DNA of 25,686 nt, taken from NCBI GenBank assembly GCA_001563915.1, contig LKMP01000013.1:1-25686 (forward strand), given 5' to 3'. Within the stretch, counting starts at the first letter, position 1; the number at the start of each line of letters is the position of its first letter. Positions 1 through 6,943 of this stretch are shown here, in pieces. Under the pieces are notes generated by a model. The model was not told the origin of the DNA. It saw nothing but the letters and a program-made list of their open reading frames with translations, and searched no databases. A program made the translations under genes and the position numbers. This stretch comes from Nanohaloarchaea archaeon B1-Br10_U2g21. Its GTDB lineage: Archaea; Nanohalarchaeota; Nanosalinia; Nanosalinales; Nanosalinaceae.

Positions 1-3000
1 CTACAGAATCAAGATTAACTTCTTCTGAGGAAAACTCTATTTCAAAGTCTTTGACTGCCGTATTACCATGACCATCCCACGCTATGTATCCTTCAGGCCT
101 TTCTATCCATTCGTGTCTTACGTAGTTGTCAGCCATATTCTCCCACTGTGTTAAATGCGCACTCAGTTCTTCAACAGAATCATAAGCAAGTTTCAAGTGT
201 CCATAGTCATTTGTTCCTGTCTGTGGGTTGTTGTAGGCTGCTATAAAGTTGACTAATGGATTTCCTTGACTAAATTGTTCTCCATCAGGTTCTATGGTAT
301 CGCTCCATCCTATTTCTTCAAGCCTAGTCCAATTAACTGGATCTCCTCCAAGGCCTTCACCGTCTTCAATCCAGTCAGGGCATTCAATCTGATTAGAGTC
401 TTCGTCATCAGGCCACGGGCTTATGCCTGGGACGTGTGGATATGCATCATAGGTTACAGGTTGAAACATTCCCGAGTCTTCATAACATTCATCTAATTCG
501 TAGGGACTCATTGTACCACTATCTAAAATTGCTCCCCTTATATCATTAGTTCTCTGCTGCCATGCTGCATCAGCCATACCAGCAGGGCTATCTCCAACCT
601 CCCAATGTCCATCATCTTCCCATTCTAAAGATCTATCAAAAGCTTCTACAGCATTGTTTTGCCATCCTGCAGAGTCTGCTAATGCTCTCATACCTTTTAG
701 TGCTTCTCCTGCTTCTATTGGTGTTGATGGAGCTAGTGTGTAGTCTATGTGGCCTGACATGAATGCTGCCCAGTCTTCACGGGTTAAGTCTGAGGTTGGG
801 CTTGTGTGTATTTTGTGGTGGAGTTCTCTTTCTTCACCTGAGACATTTACTCTTTGTCCGCTTTCAGTAGTGTATTCCCAGTTGCAGCTGTAACCATCAA
901 AATCGCGAGGATTATAAGTACTGTCTCCTGAGCCGTCGACTTCGCCTGTGAATCCGTAGGGATATCCTTCATGTACATCGATAGTATCGTTTATGTAGTG
1001 TGTTCCTTCTTCTGTCTCAGGGTCTTCTCGGTCTGGCATTTCTTCTAAAGGTCCTGCCCAGCACTTTACATCCATTGTGTCAAGGAAATCCTGCTCACGA
1101 TGATCTGCTCTATCAGTTGCTTCAGGATAACTCCACCAACCTTTGAACTCTTCACTGTATCCTAGTTCTGGCCGGTAATCCTGGAGTTCTTTGTTGTTGT
1201 ATCCCATTACTATTAGTCCCATTGACATATTTTGACTACCGTGTTCAAGGCTTCCAACCTGAGGCAGTAGTGCTGCCTGATCCCATTCAACCTCCCCATC
1301 ACAACGCCATTCAAATTCACCCTCATCCTCTTCTACTTCTTGCCATGCGTTTTCTTCGTCACATTTGCCGGCGAATCCGCCTTCAAAGTCTGAGTCGCCT
1401 ATATCCTGACTGAGTTCTCCTGCATGACCTATAGTCCAAGCCTCTTCATGGAGCGATGCATCTCTATCCTCTACTTCTTCATAATAATTTCCTTCCACTT
1501 CTTCCATACCACGGTCTTCCCATGTTCCCGGAAGGTGTATATCATCACTGTTATCAGCGTATTTTCTTTCTGCTTCTCTAAGAGACTGTAGCCTTGATAT
1601 CTGACCTATTTCTGGCTCAACCCACGATGTTGAAAGTGTTTGCCCATCCTCCCATACGCAGTCATTATCTTCATAGCATTTTTCATCAAAGTACTCCTGT
1701 GTTACAGTATAGTCTGCAGCAGGAAGTTCTCCATCACTATAAGGAGAGTCCGAACTGTAGTTTCCGTAGCTTGCCCCATCACAGAACTGGTTCCTTGATT
1801 CTCCGCCTCCAATTATAGAGCTCGAATCGTTAGGGCCTTCTTCTTCATCACAGTAAAATATTTCTGGATCAGCATCTGAAAGACCTAGTGCTTGTGAACA
1901 GTCTTCGATTCCTGCAACATAGTAGAATCTGTCCCATTGTTCCTCATCCTCATTCCATATAACTCTTCCTCCATCACAAGACTCTTCATCTCCTCCTACA
2001 GCACCTTTATCGCTGCTTGGACTGTCGCAGTCTTCATCAGGACTTACAGTAGAATGATCACTTTGGTAATCGGAGCTGTGGTGATCTATCTGGCTATCAG
2101 CGTCATGATCTAGGCCTGTGTCACATTCTCCTACTTCATCCCATGTATAGTATGTACCCCCTCCTAGCCCTGGATCTATATATTCTTCAACACACTTGTA
2201 TAATTGACCATTACTTTCTACTACTTGAGGCACATCGTCCCCATAGTTATTCCCCATTTTAGCACCTTCTCTACAGATGAAATAATAGGGTCCATCTCCA
2301 GAATATGATCCTGGTTCGTGTTGCGGCGGCTGGTCAGGCGGTGTAACTGCCTCACGATAGTATTCTGGGAAGTTTCCTAAAATGATTTGCCCATCTAAAC
2401 GATAATCTCCATCATCATGAACCGGTGTTTGACTATCAATGCCCCAGTGACTTCCTACATCGCCATATTCCCATTCGTTTTCTGATGTAAAAGATTCTCC
2501 TATAGCTTCCTCAGCACCAGACTGAGAACTACTGTATCCTGCGCTTTCAGAGTTCTCAATAAAATCTTCGATAGTCATACCTCCATCTAAGATAGGATTA
2601 TCTCCGGGTTCTAGAGTCCATTCTCCATAGTCATTAGAACCGCTCCCATAGCTCTGCACCATTAATCCTGCCCCATCATAATTATCTATATTGACATTCC
2701 ACCCTGAAACATCGCTCCAAATATCATCTGTTAACTGAAAATTCCTGAGTTCAGGATTATCTCCTGAAGTATCCAGGTTAACAATCATATTTTTTCCATA
2801 GTGGGTGTCCATATCATTACCTTCTACAGTAAGAGACCCGCCACTTTCTGACCACTCTTCTTCACAGCCTCCGTCACAGATATAATAAGTAACTGTTAAA
2901 GAACCACTATCTCCTGCAGAACAAGAAAATTCTCCAGGCACCGCATCTTCAACAACATAATCCGATCCTGATTGAGACACACCGCTTGTCGTTCCATCTC

Positions 3001-3205
3001 CACAAGCAGATATCGATAAAACCGTTCCACCGCCCCAGCCACTACTAGAACTTGGGCATGCTTCGGAACCATCTTCATCACATTCTATAACTATATCATC
3101 CCCTGCACCATACTCAATAGTTTCATCAGGAAATGTGAGATGGCTAGCTGAAACAAAACCCATTAACAAAAATATAGATACTATTAACAGCGATATTTTA
3201 TGCAT
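1..3205 (-). CDS. Large secreted acidic, Cys/Trp-rich surface protein, >=1068 aa, C-terminus beyond the window edge
   Basis: Hand translation from ATG at 3205 (MHKISLLIVSIFLLMGFVSA|SHLTFPDETIEY...) stays open to base 2 (...KDFEIEFSSEEVNLDSV). Sec-type signal peptide, D/E/G/S/W/C-rich. Absent from the ORF track because there is no stop in the window. Confidence 0.9.
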   Translation of the reverse strand, partial: MHKISLLIVSIFLLMGFVSASHLTFPDETIEYGAGDDIVIECDEDGSEACPSSSSGWGGGTVLSISACGDGTTSGVSQSGSDYVVEDAVPGEFSCSAGDSGSLTVTYYICDGGCEEEWSESGGSLTVEGNDMDTHYGKNMIVNLDTSGDNPELRNFQLTDDIWSDVSGWNVNIDNYDGAGLMVQSYGSGSNDYGEWTLEPGDNPILDGGMTIEDFIENSESAGYSSSQSGAEEAIGESFTSENEWEYGDVGSHWGIDSQTPVHDDGDYRLDGQIILGNFPEYYREAVTPPDQPPQHEPGSYSGDGPYYFICREGAKMGNNYGDDVPQVVESNGQLYKCVEEYIDPGLGGGTYYTWDEVGECDTGLDHDADSQIDHHSSDYQSDHSTVSPDEDCDSPSSDKGAVGGDEESCDGGRVIWNEDEEQWDRFYYVAGIEDCSQALGLSDADPEIFYCDEEEGPNDSSSIIGGGESRNQFCDGASYGNYSSDSPYSDGELPAADYTVTQEYFDEKCYEDNDCVWEDGQTLSTSWVEPEIGQISRLQSLREAERKYADNSDDIHLPGTWEDRGMEEVEGNYYEEVEDRDASLHEEAWTIGHAGELSQDIGDSDFEGGFAGKCDEENAWQEVEEDEGEFEWRCDGEVEWDQAALLPQVGSLEHGSQNMSMGLIVMGYNNKELQDYRPELGYSEEFKGWWSYPEATDRADHREQDFLDTMDVKCWAGPLEEMPDREDPETEEGTHYINDTIDVHEGYPYGFTGEVDGSGDSTYNPRDFDGYSCNWEYTTESGQRVNVSGEERELHHKIHTSPTSDLTREDWAAFMSGHIDYTLAPSTPIEAGEALKGMRALADSAGWQNNAVEAFDRSLEWEDDGHWEVGDSPAGMADAAWQQRTNDIRGAILDSGTMSPYELDECYEDSGMFQPVTYDAYPHVPGISPWPDDEDSNQIECPDWIEDGEGLGGDPVNWTRLEEIGWSDTIEPDGEQFSQGNPLVNFIAAYNNPQTGTNDYGHLKLAYDSVEELSAHLTQWENMADNYVRHEWIERPEGYIAWDGHGNTAVKDFEIEFSSEEVNLDSV

Positions 3206-3225
3206 ACATACAACTTTAGTTAGGC

Positions 3226-3243
3226 CTCAATAAAAACCTTTAC
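3226..3243 (-). promoter_or_regulatory. Putative BRE/TATA promoter of the large secreted protein gene
   Basis: Minus strand reads TAAAGGTTTTTATTGAG about 25-35 nt upstream of the ATG at 3205, a spacing typical of leaderless archaeal transcripts. Confidence 0.45.
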
Positions 3244-3248
3244 CCTAT

Positions 3249-3917
3249 CTAGAAAAGTTCTATTTTAATTCCTCTAGATTGAATTTCTTCTTTGAAGCCT
3301 TTTGCATCTGTTTCTATCTGTTCAAATGTATTATAGTGAACAGGAAGTACTAGTCTAGGTCTTACCGCTTCAACTAAATCAACTGCGTCGTGTCGATTCA
3401 TTGTATAATGTCCCCCGATTGGAGGAATTATCACTTCAGCCGTAAGACTTTGATGTTCTGGTATAAAGTCTGTGTCACCGAGATACAGAATTTTTACTTC
3501 TTCAAAATTAAGTAGAATACCCATACCTTCTCCTTTTTGATGAAAAGGTAGGCCTTCCTCATCTACATGATCTCCATCTTCTAAATTATATGCTGGTAAG
3601 GCCTGTATTTTGAGACTATCTAAATTTATTGTCTCCCCGATATCTATAGACTCAATACCTGAATCAAACTCAGAACTGTCTATCTCTCGGTAAAGCATAA
3701 TTTTAGTTTCTGGATTAGAAACCTTTTTTATTGCCTCAGGATCATAGTGATCAAAGTCATCGTGAGTTACAATAACATAATCTGCGTCACTAGGACTATT
3801 TTCTACTACCTCACTCCAAGGATCTATATAGATATTCTTTCCGCTCTGCTGAGAAGTTATTTTTACTGAAGAATGTCCGAGTCTTTCAAAAGTTAGATCT
3901 TCATATTCTGTATTCAT
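3249..3917 (-). CDS. Metallo-beta-lactamase-fold Zn-dependent hydrolase
   Basis: Motifs LGHSS, IYIDPW, THDDFDH (HxHxDH variant), PAYN, YLGDT, PIGGHYTM, PVHY. Confidence 0.88.
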   Translation of the reverse strand: MNTEYEDLTFERLGHSSVKITSQQSGKNIYIDPWSEVVENSPSDADYVIVTHDDFDHYDPEAIKKVSNPETKIMLYREIDSSEFDSGIESIDIGETINLDSLKIQALPAYNLEDGDHVDEEGLPFHQKGEGMGILLNFEEVKILYLGDTDFIPEHQSLTAEVIIPPIGGHYTMNRHDAVDLVEAVRPRLVLPVHYNTFEQIETDAKGFKEEIQSRGIKIELF

Positions 3918-3962
3918 TCTTTTCTTGAACCTCTTTTTCTTATCCGCTAAAAAGCGAATTTT

Positions 3963-5210
3963 TTACCTTAATCCTGTCCAGATTGTTTGATACGCTTGGT
4001 TTTTGAGCTGTTGGTCAGGACCTCCAAACATTGACATTAATCCCATATAGGATACGTCTTCATCCTCTTGTTGTTCATATTCTTCCCAGTATTTTGCGAG
4101 CTTGGCATGGACATTTTGAGTTTCTGAATTAGTGTTAGCAATTCCACACGTGTTTCCTACTCCTACTACAGCCACAGGTCCTTCGAATTCCTGCACTATT
4201 TCTTTTACTTTATTGACTGCAGGATCATAGGCCTGATAAATTTCTTTTTTCATTGGTTTACTGGCTTCTGGTGCGCTTTGCTTGATGACTATTCCTTCTA
4301 ATGGTATATCATGACTGGTGGCTACTTCCTCTATCTTTGATTTTTCTACTCCTGGACCTCCCATCATCACGCCTACACCTTCATTAACAGTTCCTGTTTC
4401 TTCTGATTCAAACTTAGCTGCTGCATCAACAGTTATTATCGCATCAAGGTCTTGTCTTTCTGCAAGTGTTTCAAGAGCGTCTCCATATTTACCTAATCTT
4501 GCGCCAGGCCCATTACTTTTAATCACATGAACTTCTTGTCCATCTATTTCTTCTTTGCTATGAATTATGTCTTCTGCTATTTCTTGAGGTTCTTCAGTAA
4601 TAAACTTGGCTGCTACAAGAGGTCCTATTGCATCTCCTATCGGCGCATTATCTGCGAATGCTCTTGTTGCTCCCTTTTGGGCCTCTGCAATTTCCGTATA
4701 AATCGGGAGTATCATCTGAATCATTGTCATTACTTGGAAGTTCCGAGTCTTGTTAATTAGTTTCTGGAAGTGTTCAATTATCTTGTGAATCTGATGTGTT
4801 CCCATAACGCCTTTGAACGCCATGTTTAAATCTGCAAGTTCTTCTTCATCTTCTGTATCAGCGTTTTTTTCTACGAAGCGTGTAAATTTGTGTTCTGATG
4901 CATCTAAGACATTTTCCATTCTGTCTACCATTCCAGCAGGATCAAGAGATGTAGGTGCTGAAAACTGGAAGTTTTTCATAGAACGATACTTCTCCTTAAA
5001 TTCTTCAGGATTTTTCATATTTTCCATGAAAAACGCCTCTGCATCATTGTGATAAGCTTCTAAATCTGTAAGGGTTGCACTCATTCTTCTGTTAGACTGC
5101 CACACCATAAGACGCGGTAGGAAAAATATCAGTACGAAAAACAGTAGGAATGATAGTACTTGTAAGATTATGAATACATTTGTGAGGTCTCCGTTTAGAA
5201 ATGGCATCAT
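3963..5210 (-). CDS. DUF1512-family membrane-anchored protein
   Basis: N-terminal TM helix, then PTSLDPAG, PIGDAIGPLVA, GPGARLG, VDAAAKFESEETG and VGVGNTCGI motifs typical of archaeal DUF1512. Start placed at ATG 5210 to avoid overlapping the upstream gene; the ORF track starts at 5255. Confidence 0.78.
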   Translation of the reverse strand: MMPFLNGDLTNVFIILQVLSFLLFFVLIFFLPRLMVWQSNRRMSATLTDLEAYHNDAEAFFMENMKNPEEFKEKYRSMKNFQFSAPTSLDPAGMVDRMENVLDASEHKFTRFVEKNADTEDEEELADLNMAFKGVMGTHQIHKIIEHFQKLINKTRNFQVMTMIQMILPIYTEIAEAQKGATRAFADNAPIGDAIGPLVAAKFITEEPQEIAEDIIHSKEEIDGQEVHVIKSNGPGARLGKYGDALETLAERQDLDAIITVDAAAKFESEETGTVNEGVGVMMGGPGVEKSKIEEVATSHDIPLEGIVIKQSAPEASKPMKKEIYQAYDPAVNKVKEIVQEFEGPVAVVGVGNTCGIANTNSETQNVHAKLAKYWEEYEQQEDEDVSYMGLMSMFGGPDQQLKNQAYQTIWTGLR

Positions 5211-5244
5211 GTCTGTGTAAAGGGGATGCAGCTTTTTTAATGTG

Positions 5245-5904
5245 TTACCCTCCAAAGCTTGTCTGTCCTGCCGTCACTTCAGCAACCTTTCCATCAAGCA
5301 GCAAGACGTTATCGTCAGGTACTATATCTAAATCTCCTTTGAATGATGTGATGTCTACTTCTGTATCAGATTTATTGAGTTCAGAACTAGTTTCATTCGA
5401 TGAAAGATTGATACTTTCTACAGCAAATCTGTAATTAGTAGTATCCACATCTGAAGCTTCTACAAGAGAGGTCTCTAGCTCCTGGTCTATATTTAGAGAG
5501 GTATTGGTTGACATTTCATCAGAGTAAAATCCTGTTGCAGAGCCTGTAACCCGTGTCATATTGTTCATCTCTATAGAACCTCTAAAGTTTCTTAGACCAA
5601 TATCGTTTTGAGAAGATATTTCAGTACTTCCTTCAAGCGAATTCAGCCCACCTACATCTAACTTAGAAGAGTCTACATCTATTATCTGAGGCTCTAACAG
5701 TTTCAGTTCTATCTCAGCCTGAGTATCAGCTTCTGGAGGCTCAAATATCTGATCAATTATTGAGATTGAAGGTATCAAATCTGTAATAAATGAGTCTTCT
5801 TCCGGAAGAGCATCATCTACATCTGTTTCAACTTCTCCTCCGCCTACAGCAACAAATACTACTGCTAAAGTTGTAAAAACTGCAGCAAGTATTTTGCCTT
5901 CCAT
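5245..5904 (-). CDS. Hypothetical N-terminally anchored or secreted acidic beta-rich protein
   Basis: Likely start MEGKILAAVFTTLAVVFVAV (hydrophobic segment) at 5904. S/T/D/E-rich body with several N-x-S/T sequons. Confidence 0.72.
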   Translation of the reverse strand: MEGKILAAVFTTLAVVFVAVGGGEVETDVDDALPEEDSFITDLIPSISIIDQIFEPPEADTQAEIELKLLEPQIIDVDSSKLDVGGLNSLEGSTEISSQNDIGLRNFRGSIEMNNMTRVTGSATGFYSDEMSTNTSLNIDQELETSLVEASDVDTTNYRFAVESINLSSNETSSELNKSDTEVDITSFKGDLDIVPDDNVLLLDGKVAEVTAGQTSFGG

Positions 5905-5960
5905 ATCTTTGTATGAGCATGTCGTAAATATAAAACCGTTTGACTTCATGTTCATATGAC
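5905..5960. promoter_or_regulatory. Divergent promoter region
   Basis: Short gap between divergent starts, containing TAAATATAAAA near 5925-5935. Confidence 0.45.
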
Positions 5961-6509
5961 GTGACAGCCATAGTAGTAGTGGAACCTGAAGTACCAGAAA
6001 ACACAGGTTTTATTGCAAGACTTTGCTCCAATTTTGATTATGAACTAAGGCTAGTTAACCCTAATTTTAATCTTTCAGAAGCAAGAAAAACCTGTAAAAA
6101 CAGCCAGGATACTTTACGCAATACTAAAATCTTTGATTCATTACCAGAAGCTCTACAAGATCTAGAATTCGTAGTAGGTACTAAACCTGAGAAAGGAATC
6201 TCTTGTCAGGATTTTAAGTTTAGGAAGAACACCTCCATAGTACTCGGAAGAGAGTCTAAAGGCCTTAGTAACTCAGAGCTCGAATTATGTGACACTATAG
6301 TGCATATTCCTTCAACAGGTTATAACTCAGTTAATTTGAGTCATGCTGCCGCCATAATAATGTATGAGGCCTCTAGCAGCTCAGAATTAGCCGCAGAATC
6401 TAGTCAACTTGAAATAGTTGAAAAACGAGGAGGCAAAATATTACGAGATTTAGTTGCAAGATCTTCACCCACATCTGAAGAACTTAATCGTTTACTTGGA
6501 GAACTTTAA
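5961..6509 (+). CDS. trmJ: SPOUT RNA methyltransferase, TrmJ/TrmH family
   Basis: VVVEPEVPENTGFIARLCSNF, VLGRESKGLSNSELELCD, IPSTGYNSVNLSHAAAIIMYE. Probable GTG start at 5961. Confidence 0.85.
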   Translation: MTAIVVVEPEVPENTGFIARLCSNFDYELRLVNPNFNLSEARKTCKNSQDTLRNTKIFDSLPEALQDLEFVVGTKPEKGISCQDFKFRKNTSIVLGRESKGLSNSELELCDTIVHIPSTGYNSVNLSHAAAIIMYEASSSSELAAESSQLEIVEKRGGKILRDLVARSSPTSEELNRLLGEL

Positions 6510-6943
6510 TCTGTTTTATCAAGCACTACTTCCTTTGTAGTTCTTTCAGATACCTCTGTTTCTCTTCTTGACCGTATTCCATGTTTAATTTTTCGCAATC
6601 CTTTCTTAGCTATCCTTTTTACAGGCCTGTAAACTGATAAAAATAGTTTTAGAGGCACTTTTAGAAGTGTTTCAGCCGTTTTTATCGTTGTAGCTAAGAA
6701 ACTATAGAACATATAAAGTGATGCTCCTAGAAGTGAGAAAAGCAATAAGTCATTAAACCCAAATTCAGCTCCTCCTAAGAATACTGTTAGTGCAGTATAA
6801 AATATGCCTGATAAAATCGCAATAGTAACCGTTTCAAATATCATTTCCATAATCTTGAAGGCTACTACAAATGCTATTATTAGGCCTGTAAGTAGTATTG
6901 CAGTTATTACAGGCGTAGGAAGGTTTAAAAACTGCTCTATCAT
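6506..6943 (-). CDS. Hypothetical membrane protein (about 3 TM helices, basic C-terminal tail)
   Basis: Three hydrophobic segments. 4-nt ATGA overlap with the upstream 919-aa gene. Confidence 0.78.
   Translation of the reverse strand: MIEQFLNLPTPVITAILLTGLIIAFVVAFKIMEMIFETVTIAILSGIFYTALTVFLGGAEFGFNDLLLFSLLGASLYMFYSFLATTIKTAETLLKVPLKLFLSVYRPVKRIAKKGLRKIKHGIRSRRETEVSERTTKEVVLDKTD

Noticed and set aside
1220-1240. Possible frameshift at the T run in the large ORF
   Set aside because: Recounting bases shows the frame continues (..GSQNMSMGL..), and the codon phase at 3205 matches that at base 4.
266-1818. Four short plus-strand ORFs (266, 562, 1222, 1594)
   Set aside because: Antisense shadows of the long minus-strand ORF 1..3205.
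2896-3081. 61-aa minus-strand ORF
   Set aside because: Alternative frame nested inside the large secreted ORF.
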